This document shows, piece by piece, positions 1 to 9,283 of a stretch of 64,000 nt of DNA. A program made the translations under genes and the position numbers. The stretch is from an uncultured Rhodospirillales bacterium (GTDB lineage Bacteria; Pseudomonadota; Alphaproteobacteria; Acetobacterales; Acetobacteraceae). The first letter of the stretch is position 1. Each line of letters begins with the position of its first letter. The notes beneath the pieces were generated by a model, which worked only from the letters and a program-made list of their open reading frames with translations, made no database searches and was not told the DNA's origin. The stretch covers positions 22,826 through 86,825 of the forward strand of contig CAIQQQ010000344.1 of assembly GCA_903873995.1 (NCBI GenBank). The letters run 5' to 3'.

Positions 1-31
1 CTTTTCCGCGTCGGGTTTTAGGATACGCGAT

Positions 32-562
32 ATGGCCAAGCGCTGGTATGTTGTGCACGTCTATTCGGGCTTTGAGAAGAAAATCGCCCAGCAGATCAAG
101 GAGCAGGCCGCGCAGAAAGGGCTTGCAGATCAGTTTGATGAGGTTCTAGTTCCGTCAGAAGAAGTAGTGGAACTGAAGCGTGGCCAGAAGGTAAGTGCCG
201 AGCGCAAGTTCTTCCCCGGTTATGTTCTCGTGAAGATGGAATTGACGGATGACGCGTGGCATCTTGTAAAAGACACTCCGAAGGTGACCGGATTTCTTGG
301 GACTAAGACACGCCCGAGCCCGATCACAGAATCTGAAGCCGAGCGTATCCTGAAGCAGACACAAGAAGGCGTAGAGAGACCACGTCCAGCTATTCTCTTC
401 GAAATCGGCGAGCAGGTTAGAGTGGCCGATGGGCCGTTCACGAGCTTCAACGGCATCGTCGAGGAAGTTGACGAGGAAAAGGGCCGTGTGAAGGTCAGCG
501 TGTCAATCTTCGGGCGTTCCACACCAGTCGAACTGGAATACGGACAAGTCGAGAAAGTGTGA
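32..562 (+). CDS. nusG: Transcription termination/antitermination factor NusG
   Basis: 176 aa. N-terminal 'WYVVHVYSGFEKK' NGN domain and C-terminal KOW region ('GEQVRVADGPFTSFNGIVEEVD'). Typical alphaproteobacterial length. Confidence 0.95.
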   Translation: MAKRWYVVHVYSGFEKKIAQQIKEQAAQKGLADQFDEVLVPSEEVVELKRGQKVSAERKFFPGYVLVKMELTDDAWHLVKDTPKVTGFLGTKTRPSPITESEAERILKQTQEGVERPRPAILFEIGEQVRVADGPFTSFNGIVEEVDEEKGRVKVSVSIFGRSTPVELEYGQVEKV

Positions 563-583
563 AACACTGGGTGTAGTGGCGTT

Positions 584-608
584 CGCGGCGTCCTTCTCAG
601 ACGCCGCG
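584..608 (+). terminator. Hairpin after nusG (9-bp stem CGCGGCGTC/GACGCCGCG, 7-nt loop)
   Basis: Seen directly. The stop codon of the convergent hydratase gene (597-599) lies in the loop. Only a weak T-run follows (GCCAATTTGGG). Confidence 0.3.
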
Positions 609-1391
609 CCAATTTGGGACACGCTTGGTGAGGAATGCATCCATACCCTCTTGGAAGTCTTGGCTCATATAGCAACTCAGAATTAGGTCGCTGTCATCGC
701 TGCCAAGCGATTTTTCCTTTAGCCGCCGCAATGCCTCCTTGGTCGCACGAAGTGTGAGCGGCGCATGGCTGGCTACTAACCGTGCCAGCTCTTCACTGCG
801 TAGCATCAAAGCAGCCCCATCGGGCAAGATCTCGCTCAGGAGCCCAGCAGACTTCGCTTCGTCCGCATCGACGAGGCGAGCCGTGAAGATAATGTCCTTG
901 GTTCGGGCTGCCCCGATGAGGGCGACTAGACGCGCATAGTTCGCCATCGACAAACAGTTGCCAAGTGTCCTTGCGATGGGAAATCCGAAGCGGGCATTAG
1001 CAGCTCCGATCCGCAAGTCACAGGCGGCCGCAATGCCCGCGCCGCCCCCTGTGCACGCGCCTGCGATCGCGGCGATGGTCGGCACTCGCAAAGCCTCCAC
1101 CGCTGATATCACGCGATCGATTCTCTGTTCATAGTCCAATGCGTCTTGCGCCGTTGAGAACGCGCGGAACTGAGAGATGTCTGTTCCGGCGGCGAACGCC
1201 TTGTCACCGGCGCCCGTCAAGACCAAGGCCTTAATAGATCGGTCAGCCTCTATCTTACCGCAAACCTCAGCCAGCCGTTCATACATGTAAAAGGTCAGCG
1301 CGTTTCGTGCATGCGGGCGGTTGAAAGTACCAAACCCAATCCCGTCACGGACCTCGAACAAGAAATCTTGCTCCGGCGCATCACCAGCCAT
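597..1391 (-). CDS. Enoyl-CoA hydratase/isomerase (crotonase) family protein
   Basis: 264 aa with a crotonase-fold pattern ('LTGAGDKAFAAGTDI', 'ACTGGGAGIAAACDLRI'). Its start overlaps the upstream stop (ATGA at 1389-1393). Confidence 0.85.
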   Translation of the reverse strand: MAGDAPEQDFLFEVRDGIGFGTFNRPHARNALTFYMYERLAEVCGKIEADRSIKALVLTGAGDKAFAAGTDISQFRAFSTAQDALDYEQRIDRVISAVEALRVPTIAAIAGACTGGGAGIAAACDLRIGAANARFGFPIARTLGNCLSMANYARLVALIGAARTKDIIFTARLVDADEAKSAGLLSEILPDGAALMLRSEELARLVASHAPLTLRATKEALRRLKEKSLGSDDSDLILSCYMSQDFQEGMDAFLTKRVPNWRGV

Positions 1392-2566
1392 CAGATCACT
1401 CCGTTTGTTCGCAGTCGGACAATGTCATCCAGACCATAGCCAAGATCTGCAAGAACCTCGTCGTTGGCCTCCCCCATCTCGCCGATCGCCGTGTGAGGGT
1501 TCGGGGGTGTCCGGCTGAGTTTGATCGCCTGATTGACAACCTGGATCGGCCCCATGGTCGCATGCTGAATGGTGTGGGCCATACCGAGATGCTGAACCTG
1601 TGGATCGTCAAACACTTGATCCATCCTGTTGATCTTGCCGCATGGCACCTGGCCTGCGGCCAACGCCTCGATCCAATGATTTGCCGTGTTACGCTGCGTC
1701 ACTGCATCGATTCGCTCGTTCAATGAGACCCGATTGGCGGAGCGTGCCACGTCGGTCAAATAGCGCGGGTCGTCGATTGCATCCTCAATTCCAAGAGCTT
1801 TGCACAAACGGCTGAACATTAGGTTATCCGCAGCCGCGATGTTGACATGCCCGTCACTGGTCCTGAACACCCCGGTGGGAATGTTGGTCGGATGATCATT
1901 GCCGGCCTGACCCGGAATCTCCCCCTTCATCAGGAAGCGCGCCGCCTGAAAATCCATCATCGCTATCTGGGAGGCGAGAAGGCTTACCTGAACCCACTGA
2001 CCTTCACCGGAACTCTCACGCTCCAGCAAGGCCGCCATGATGCCCTGCGCGCCGAACAGCCCGGCCGTTAGATCAGCAAGGGGGATGCCGGCCCGAACCG
2101 GTCCCTGGCCCGGCAAACCTGTGACCGACATCAGTCCCCCCATGCCCTGGGCAATCTGATCAAAGCCGGGTCGCATGCGATACGGTCCGTCTTCGCCAAA
2201 TCCCGATATGCTGGCATAGACAATCCGTGGATTGACCTCCCGCATCGCCGCATACCCAATACCGAGGCGATCCTTTACGTCTGGCCGGAAATTCTCGACG
2301 ATCACGTCAGCCTTCTTGGCCAGCCTCTTCAGGATCTCGAGGCCATCAGGCGATTTGAGATCCAGCGTGATGCAACGTTTATTGCGGTGAAGGTTCTGGA
2401 AATCAGGGCCATGACGTGCGCCGCCCAATCCTCCGTCGCCAACTCCTGGGTTCTCGATTTTGATCACCGACGCCCCTAGGTCGGCAAACTGTCTGACGCA
2501 GGTAGGGCCAGCGCGCACCCGAGTTAGATCAATGATCGTGAAGCGGGCCAACGCACCTGTACTCAT
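1391..2566 (-). CDS. Family III (CaiB/BaiF) CoA-transferase
   Basis: 391 aa. 'IIDLTRVRAGPTCVRQFADLGASVIKIE' and 'VENFRPDV' are typical of family III CoA-transferases. Confidence 0.85.
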   Translation of the reverse strand: MSTGALARFTIIDLTRVRAGPTCVRQFADLGASVIKIENPGVGDGGLGGARHGPDFQNLHRNKRCITLDLKSPDGLEILKRLAKKADVIVENFRPDVKDRLGIGYAAMREVNPRIVYASISGFGEDGPYRMRPGFDQIAQGMGGLMSVTGLPGQGPVRAGIPLADLTAGLFGAQGIMAALLERESSGEGQWVQVSLLASQIAMMDFQAARFLMKGEIPGQAGNDHPTNIPTGVFRTSDGHVNIAAADNLMFSRLCKALGIEDAIDDPRYLTDVARSANRVSLNERIDAVTQRNTANHWIEALAAGQVPCGKINRMDQVFDDPQVQHLGMAHTIQHATMGPIQVVNQAIKLSRTPPNPHTAIGEMGEANDEVLADLGYGLDDIVRLRTNGVI

Positions 2567-2634
2567 GGAGCTGACTCTCTTTCGTAGTTCTTATAACTGC
2601 CGGGAAGGATGATGGTATTCTGGTGTCCAGGCAA

Positions 2635-3684
2635 TCACGGGGCCCGGTTGCGAAGCGCTCTTTGCAGGTCCTGCTCGATGACAGAGAGATTGGTTTGCGC
2701 AACTTTTGTTGCTTCTGCCCGCCAATCTGTGACATCAGCGACATCCGTGGGATTTGAACGTAGCAATTCGCGCTTGATGAATGGGAAGCCTGCCTGCAGC
2801 AATTGGCGCCAAAGGTCAGAGGTCGGATTCAACGGTCGCTGCTCAACCTGGGCTGAACGGACCCGCCTCGCCTGCTCATGTCGCATCTGCTGGAGTGGAT
2901 CTGGCGACGCGATGCCCTTGTCGTTCGCCTGAACGAGAAGCCCCTGATCGACGTTTGAGACGAGAGGCGTGTAGGGCCACATGGCGGCACATCGCAGGCC
3001 CCCCTGGATCAATTTCTGTGTCAATCCGATTTCGTAGCGTCTAATGACCCAGGCCTTGCTTCCGACGGGCCGAACATTCCTCCAGAACTCAGTCCATGCA
3101 GGATGTGTCAGCGCCACCCGCCCGGCTGCCAAACAGTAGGATTGCAGATGATAGCGTGCCTGCCAGCTTTCTGTTGCACCCCAAAGATCTGCCTTTTGAA
3201 GATCGATACGATCGATCAGGCCGTCGAGTGAGTGCAGCGGGCCGTAAACGCTGTCGTTCAAAATGAGAACAAGGTCCGTGTTTGCTCGCGGCAGTCCGAA
3301 ATGTCGCAAGCCTTCTCGGATGGCTGAAAAATCATAACCCACATTGCGCCGGATGATGATGCCATCACAGATACTCTTGAGACGCTCCAGGGACTCGGGA
3401 ACCAACCTGCCGGAGTTGGAGACGAACAAGACCGACATGCCAGTGTCACGCAAGGCATTTAGGTATTGAAAGACGTAAGGCCTGACCACTCCACGGGCAT
3501 CAAAATGGACGAAGAGCACCACGCCGATGTCCAGATCGGTTGGTTTTTCCGGCCACTGGTAGACGGTCTGATCGCTACGGCGTATAAAGCTAATCAGATA
3601 TGCGAGTTGCGCGAAGGTTATCCAGTTTGCCGCGACCAGGCACCGTAGCGCAACGGCCTGAAGCCGTTTCATAATCTGTGCCAT
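2635..3684 (-). CDS. Rhamnan-synthesis-protein-F-like glycosyltransferase
   Basis: About 349 aa. 'VLFVHFDARG ... ILNDSVYGP' resembles the RgpF family motif. The ATG at 3684 shares one nt with the upstream TGA; an alternative TTG is at 3687. Confidence 0.6.
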   Translation of the reverse strand: MAQIMKRLQAVALRCLVAANWITFAQLAYLISFIRRSDQTVYQWPEKPTDLDIGVVLFVHFDARGVVRPYVFQYLNALRDTGMSVLFVSNSGRLVPESLERLKSICDGIIIRRNVGYDFSAIREGLRHFGLPRANTDLVLILNDSVYGPLHSLDGLIDRIDLQKADLWGATESWQARYHLQSYCLAAGRVALTHPAWTEFWRNVRPVGSKAWVIRRYEIGLTQKLIQGGLRCAAMWPYTPLVSNVDQGLLVQANDKGIASPDPLQQMRHEQARRVRSAQVEQRPLNPTSDLWRQLLQAGFPFIKRELLRSNPTDVADVTDWRAEATKVAQTNLSVIEQDLQRALRNRAP

Positions 3685-5507
3685 CAACTGCGGCCGGCCA
3701 AAAACGAAAGATCCGCAGGCATAATATCGCCACGCTCACCCTGACTTCGCCGCGCCTCCCGGCAGCGCTCCACCGCATCCGGTATCCGGCTGAGCCTTCG
3801 CAGCGCCTCGACCTCGCCGCGTAACGACGGCCAATAAAGCCCAGTCGGATGTGACGCGTCCAAGGTGGCACGGGCAGATTCAAAGGCGGCAAGTGCGTCC
3901 CCGAGGTTTCCGCCTGGTTGAAGCTGCAGTGTCCCTTGGCAGAACAGGACGTCGCGGAATTGCTGTTCGTCAAGTTCGGAAAGCCTTGGCAGATGACCGG
4001 AAAATTGCAGAGCGAGGCCATGATGGCCAGACGTCACCATGGTGACGAAACATCGTGCAATAAGAGTTGCAAGGCGGTCACGCTTATCGGCGGGCGAAAG
4101 CGCCGCAAAAGCCGGCAGGAGCAGGAGCACATCGGAGTTCCCAGCCTCGGCAGCACAAAGGAGCGCCTCCGAGTCGGCAACCCAAGCAAGATCCTCGCTC
4201 AACGCGTCTTCCATGGCCAGTTCGCTCACGGCGCGCCGAAGTTCTCGCGACACTTTGGCGGAAAGGGCAAATCTGCCGCGTAATTCCGGCCGCGGCACTC
4301 CCCTGAGCAAGTCCAACATGGCGGTGGCATAGAGGATAGATCCCAGATTCAATGGGATGAGCTCCGCCATGCGCTCCAAACCACACACCGACAGTTCTGC
4401 AGGGAGACGGTTCAGACGCTCCAGATCGAGTCGGAAGCATGTCCCCATCATCTCGACAACAGCCATCCGAAGCCGAGCACCTAACTCCAAATCCTTGGCA
4501 TTTGCGCATTCCAAAAGGCCTCGACCTGCAAAGCCGAAAAATAAGTCAGAATCATGCCTAAATACATTTGCGCGTGTCTCAAGATAGCCGCGCAATGATT
4601 GCCGGCATTTGTTAAGATCGTCGCTCAAGCAGAATGGCTTATCCGAAGCAAAGGCAATCAACGAGGAACCGTCACGTTGGACCGATAGATGCTCAAAGCC
4701 AGCGCTCTCAATCGCCCACTCAAGACTGGTGGCTGATTGAAGAACGGTATGCAATTCGGGAGACAAGATCGTCGCCAACAGCCCATCGGGCGTTCCAGGC
4801 TCGATCCGCGCAGCATCCGGTGTTGTGAGCACCAGGATGCCATCGGGCCGCAAGATGCCTCGAACAACCTTCAGAAATGCAACAGGATCCGACAGGTGCT
4901 CGATCGTCTCCGCGGCCATTATGATATCATATCTATTGTCAATCTCTTTCGGCGATACTCCGAATTCACGCAGCTCCACTGCTACCCCAAGGCGTTGCTT
5001 CCCAAGCGATGCAATCTGGCCTGGATCGATACCCAAAGCATTCCAACCCTTCGCGTGGCTGGCAAAATCAAGTGTGAAGCCAAAGCCGCATCCAATGTCT
5101 AAGTACTGGGCCTCCGGGCGCCGCGACAGGCGCGCAAGCGGCAGAAGCAGCTGGGACAGACCGGCCCCCTGTTGAATATACAAAGAGGCACGGCCACGGC
5201 TCAGCATTTCATCTGCTTCATATTGTGCGTATTTCTTTTGAGATCCCTCGGTTTTTTCATAGAAAGCGCATGTACAGGCTGAACAGAATAAAATCACCCA
5301 TGTTTGAGGCGCACGCATGATAGGCTCAAAATCAATTATTAGCCCCCGCGACTTAGGACCGGGCGACTGGCAATTCGGACACCGGTCATCGGTCAGCTGC
5401 TGTGGTTGGATCCAAGTGACCTGCGGTGGTTTGGTTTTCGGCCGGAGCTGGTCGGGTGGCCTGACCGACCGGGCACGCTCCTCGCGAAGCCGATCAAGCC
5501 AGGTCAT
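3684..5507 (-). CDS. Class I SAM-dependent methyltransferase with N-terminal Cys4 zinc-ribbon-like segment and long helical C-terminal region
   Basis: 607 aa. 'CPNCQS...CSACTC', then 'YLDIGCGFGF' (SAM motif I) and 'ETIEHLSDP'. About 300 aa of Leu/Ala-rich helical sequence follows. ATGA overlap with the upstream gene at 5504-5507. Confidence 0.6.
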   Translation of the reverse strand: MTWLDRLREERARSVRPPDQLRPKTKPPQVTWIQPQQLTDDRCPNCQSPGPKSRGLIIDFEPIMRAPQTWVILFCSACTCAFYEKTEGSQKKYAQYEADEMLSRGRASLYIQQGAGLSQLLLPLARLSRRPEAQYLDIGCGFGFTLDFASHAKGWNALGIDPGQIASLGKQRLGVAVELREFGVSPKEIDNRYDIIMAAETIEHLSDPVAFLKVVRGILRPDGILVLTTPDAARIEPGTPDGLLATILSPELHTVLQSATSLEWAIESAGFEHLSVQRDGSSLIAFASDKPFCLSDDLNKCRQSLRGYLETRANVFRHDSDLFFGFAGRGLLECANAKDLELGARLRMAVVEMMGTCFRLDLERLNRLPAELSVCGLERMAELIPLNLGSILYATAMLDLLRGVPRPELRGRFALSAKVSRELRRAVSELAMEDALSEDLAWVADSEALLCAAEAGNSDVLLLLPAFAALSPADKRDRLATLIARCFVTMVTSGHHGLALQFSGHLPRLSELDEQQFRDVLFCQGTLQLQPGGNLGDALAAFESARATLDASHPTGLYWPSLRGEVEALRRLSRIPDAVERCREARRSQGERGDIMPADLSFLAGRS

Positions 5508-7207
5508 GTGAAAGACAAATGCCCGGAATGACCTTCGGCCAACTCGGGGACACGGGCCAACAGAGCATCGTTCAGTTCATGGCGACGTTCCCACAAGTCC
5601 TTATACCATGACGCCCGATCACGAATCTGCTGGCTCATCATGCGATGATTTAAGACATATTGTTGTGCTGCTTCAGCCATGCGCCTGGTGTGCTCCGGCA
5701 ATGCCAGCATCGCTAACAGGCGGCGCCGCAGGTCCTCAGGGCTTTGGAAGACGATGCCGTTGATCCCATCAGCAACGATGTTCCCGTAGACAACCGGGCT
5801 GGCCAACGCAGCGACGCGATGTGAAGCTGCTTCGAGAAACTTCAAATCTGACTTGCAGCGGTTGAATGGAGTATCGGAAAGCGGCATGAATGAGATCTCG
5901 CATCGAGCCAATATCTCTTTATATGTTTCGTAGTCACAAAGAGGTGTAAACGTTTTATGCGGTGTCTTGAGGCCATCAAAAAGCCCTTCATCATGAATTA
6001 TTTCAAAGTGCAGATGAGAGCCAGCAGCCTCGGCAACGCTGTTGAGCGAATCCAAATATTCTGGCCATTCGCTTTCACGGTTAAGGCCTCCGAAAAACAG
6101 GCTCATCCGATCGGGGTTTATAAAGTTCTGGGGATCGGGCATCCGCGGAATGGCGTTTGCGAAGACCCGTATCTCGGGGTTTTCGCGAGATAGCACTTCG
6201 GCAAGGGCTGGCGTACTGGTCTGAATTGCATGGACGGCACGGAAGTTTTGGATATCAGAGCGCTGCAAAACCGGTATGAAATCAGGATGGTCGTCAAATT
6301 CGCACACGATGACGTAGCCTAAACTGATAAGCTGTCGAATAGGTAACAGTCCATCATCACCTTGGAGAAGTGGGCGATGAAAAATAAATATCTTTGGACT
6401 ATTGCGTTCGAGATCAGGTATCTCAGAAGACTGAGTAACCATCGCAAACATATCCGGCAAAGTCGCCAGGGCATCCATAGGATCTGATACTCGAACCTGG
6501 CTCACTCCGCCGACAGGAGAGAGGATCGTCGAAATGACGTTCGTCCTCAAAATTAGGTTAGAAGTCGCTCGCCAGACATGCTGAATTGGCGACGCTCTTC
6601 GTTGATACTCTGCAGGATCGATGTCAAGGGCTGAGAGTGCAGGCGCAATCCGCTGGATGAAGCCGAGGCAGGCGTCAGCATCAAAAACGCGCCCCTTTAC
6701 GTCAATGGCTTGAAGCCCAGCCTCGCGAATCGCGCGAAGCGTCGTATCAAATGTGAACCAGCGTAGATGTGTCCGATCAAACAGACCTGTAGGTTCATAA
6801 TCCCATCCTCCCGTCAGTAATCTCGACGCAAAACTCCAATGTTCCAAATTAGGCATACATATCAAAATCACGCCTCGCTCACTTAATTTATCGGCAAGAA
6901 ATTTCAAAATATCCCACGGGTTTTGTAGGTGCTCTAGGACATCCCCCAATATTATACAATCAAATTTCGAAAGCTCGGAATTCGACTTTAAATCCTCAAT
7001 AGCACCATGTATGACTTTATCTATCCTAAGTTTGGCAATTATAGCAGCCTCATCGTCTTGTTCAACTCCAACATATAATGCTCTGGGATTACGTCGTTTA
7101 TATTCCATGCCGGTGGCTGCGGCACCACATCCGACATCGAGAATCAAACGAGCGTCGAGCGGGATACGATTTAGAAGATCAGGATTGAGGGCATCCGGGT
7201 AACGCAT
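5504..7207 (-). CDS. Fusion protein: N-terminal SAM methyltransferase plus C-terminal GT-B-like glycosyltransferase
   Basis: 567 aa. 'ILDVGCGAAATG' and 'GDVLEHLQNP' mark the methyltransferase part. The C-terminal half ('KSDLKFLEAASHRVAALASPVVYG...INGIVF') resembles a GT1/GT4 C-domain. The gene is markedly AT-rich. Confidence 0.6.
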   Translation of the reverse strand: MRYPDALNPDLLNRIPLDARLILDVGCGAAATGMEYKRRNPRALYVGVEQDDEAAIIAKLRIDKVIHGAIEDLKSNSELSKFDCIILGDVLEHLQNPWDILKFLADKLSERGVILICMPNLEHWSFASRLLTGGWDYEPTGLFDRTHLRWFTFDTTLRAIREAGLQAIDVKGRVFDADACLGFIQRIAPALSALDIDPAEYQRRASPIQHVWRATSNLILRTNVISTILSPVGGVSQVRVSDPMDALATLPDMFAMVTQSSEIPDLERNSPKIFIFHRPLLQGDDGLLPIRQLISLGYVIVCEFDDHPDFIPVLQRSDIQNFRAVHAIQTSTPALAEVLSRENPEIRVFANAIPRMPDPQNFINPDRMSLFFGGLNRESEWPEYLDSLNSVAEAAGSHLHFEIIHDEGLFDGLKTPHKTFTPLCDYETYKEILARCEISFMPLSDTPFNRCKSDLKFLEAASHRVAALASPVVYGNIVADGINGIVFQSPEDLRRRLLAMLALPEHTRRMAEAAQQYVLNHRMMSQQIRDRASWYKDLWERRHELNDALLARVPELAEGHSGHLSFT

Positions 7208-7448
7208 GAATCACCTAGCTCGCATTATGCTATAGAGGATGTCAGCTCGGGACAGCTTTCTCTCGGGCGAGAGCTAGGCCGGATTTCCGGTACGGACGCA
7301 AGTCCTGCGATTGAGTGATTGACCCTGTAGGCCCCCCATGGACACTCACATCAAATGCCGGACGCGTTAAAGCGACGACGCAGGGTGACAAGGTGCGCGT
7401 CGGAGAACCGATCGGCGACGCCCAGGCCGCGGGCACCCCGCACGGAAG

Positions 7449-7880
7449 TCAGTCAGGGCACGGTGCGCTATGCCTTGGGCCACGTTCATCGAGTTCGGTC
7501 TGCACTCGCCTCTCGTCTGCCAAGACCCTGGCAACAACTTGATCTTCAATGAGTTTTTCAACGAGCTTTAGATCGGCGCGCGCAGCATCGACGCTTGCCC
7601 GGACCGTAGTCAGCTCGGCCTCGGTTCGGTCGTGCTGCGCGCGTGCCTTCGCGACAACCTCCCGGCCACGCGGCAGCCATCGCCCAAAGGCCTCGACCGC
7701 GGCATCACTTGCATCGATGGCAGAAGCGGCAGTCATCTCATCGGCGATTCGGCCCTCGGCAGCTCTTGCCTGCGCTGCGGCGGCGAGTGCTAAATCCAAC
7801 GCGCCCGCAAATTTGGCGTGTGCCTCATCAACAGCCATCTTCCGTAAGCGCAGGAGGGTTTGAAGACTGCTCCGCGCCAT
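7449..7880 (-). CDS. fliJ: Flagellar export chaperone FliJ-like protein
   Basis: About 143 aa, helical and Ala/Arg/Glu-rich, immediately downstream of fliI. ATG at 7880 (TTG alternative at 7886). The call rests on position and composition. Confidence 0.6.
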   Translation of the reverse strand: MARSSLQTLLRLRKMAVDEAHAKFAGALDLALAAAAQARAAEGRIADEMTAASAIDASDAAVEAFGRWLPRGREVVAKARAQHDRTEAELTTVRASVDAARADLKLVEKLIEDQVVARVLADERRVQTELDERGPRHSAPCPD

Positions 7881-7882
7881 GG

Positions 7883-9283
7883 TCAAGCCCTCGAAGTTGA
7901 GTCGGTTGCTAGAGCCTGCTGCAACAACAGAAAGCTGTTTTCGATATCAGTCTGCTCGCCACGGGTCTGGCGCAGGATCTCTTCGATCCGTGGTGCGGTT
8001 CTGACCGCTTCGTCGACCTCAGGATCGGCCCCCGGACGGTAAGCCCCTAAGCGGATCATATCAGCCATATCGTTATAGGTCGCGAGCAAGGATCGGGCGC
8101 GCCTTGTGAGGGAGTTCTCTTCTGGGCTGTTGCAGCCGGGAACCGATCTCGACAACGACCGCAGAATGTCGATCGCGGGATAGCGCCCGGCCTCGCCAAT
8201 GCGACGATCCAGGATCACGTGGCCGTCTAGAATGCCACGGACGGCATCCGTAACAGGCTCATTATGATCGTCCCCTTCCACAAGGACCGTGAAGAGGCCC
8301 GTAATATATCCAACAGAGCCGGACACCATCGGGCCGGGGCCTGCCCGCTCTAAAAGACGCGGCAGTTCCGCGAACACACTCGGTGGATAGCCGCGTGTTG
8401 CCGGTGGTTCACCGGCTGACAGACCTATTTCGCGCAAGGCAAGACAAAACCGTGTGACACTGTCCATCAGCAGCAGAACGCTCTTTCCCTGATCGCGGAA
8501 ATGCTCGGCAATGGCCATCGCCGCATATGCTGCCTCACGCCGCATAAGCGGCGGCTGGTCCGATGTCGCGATGACCACCACAGAGCGGGCCAGCCCCTCG
8601 GCGCCAAGATCGTCTTCCAGGAACTCCCGCACTTCACGACCGCGCTCCCCGACCAAGGCAAGAACCACCACATCGCACAGAGTGTGGCGCGCAAGCATTG
8701 CCATCAGTGTCGATTTTCCCACGCCGGATCCGGCAAACAGGCCTAGACGTTGCCCCTTTCGGCACGTCGTAAACATATTCATCGCCTTCACTCCTAGATC
8801 CAATCGCGGGCCCAGGCGTGCGCGTGTTGTGGCCTCCGGCGGCGATCCCCGGATGAGCCGAGGCGACGTCCCGCGCGGCAGAGCACCCCGTCCATCGAGT
8901 GGCCGAGCAAGCGGATCGACAACGCGGCCGATCCACCGATTGTCGATCATAAAGCAATGCCCCGACTGCTGGCTGGTAGAGCCATTCAAACGGGTCGGCG
9001 CTGGCATTTGCGCGCGGCTCCCCAGACCGAGGCCGTTGGTGTCTGCGAACGTCATGGTCTGCGCGCGATTGGCCCGAAAGCCGACAATCTCTGCTGCAAC
9101 GCTGTGCCCGGATCTGCCGACTAGATTAATTCGATCGCCGATCGAGGCATGATCAGCCAACCCCCCCACCTCGACCATCAGGCTCGAGACAGCGCTGATC
9201 CGCCCGTCCAGCCTGGCCACCGCAAGCGAACCGATGGCCGACGACGCCGAGTTCAACCGCTGCGCCACCGAATGATCCCGCAC
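7883..9283 (-). CDS. fliI: Flagellum-specific type III secretion ATPase FliI
   Basis: 466 aa. Walker A 'GSGVGKST', 'LLLMDSVTRF' and an F1-ATPase-like fold pattern. Confidence 0.95.
   Translation of the reverse strand: MRDHSVAQRLNSASSAIGSLAVARLDGRISAVSSLMVEVGGLADHASIGDRINLVGRSGHSVAAEIVGFRANRAQTMTFADTNGLGLGSRAQMPAPTRLNGSTSQQSGHCFMIDNRWIGRVVDPLARPLDGRGALPRGTSPRLIRGSPPEATTRARLGPRLDLGVKAMNMFTTCRKGQRLGLFAGSGVGKSTLMAMLARHTLCDVVVLALVGERGREVREFLEDDLGAEGLARSVVVIATSDQPPLMRREAAYAAMAIAEHFRDQGKSVLLLMDSVTRFCLALREIGLSAGEPPATRGYPPSVFAELPRLLERAGPGPMVSGSVGYITGLFTVLVEGDDHNEPVTDAVRGILDGHVILDRRIGEAGRYPAIDILRSLSRSVPGCNSPEENSLTRRARSLLATYNDMADMIRLGAYRPGADPEVDEAVRTAPRIEEILRQTRGEQTDIENSFLLLQQALATDSTSRA

Noticed and set aside
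7208-7448. 241-bp gap between fliJ and the glycan island, examined for an sRNA or flagellar promoter
   Set aside because: I found no convincing hairpin-plus-U-tract, CtrA box or sigma-54/sigma-28 motif. The short ORFs in the track (7242-7436 and others) have no coding features.
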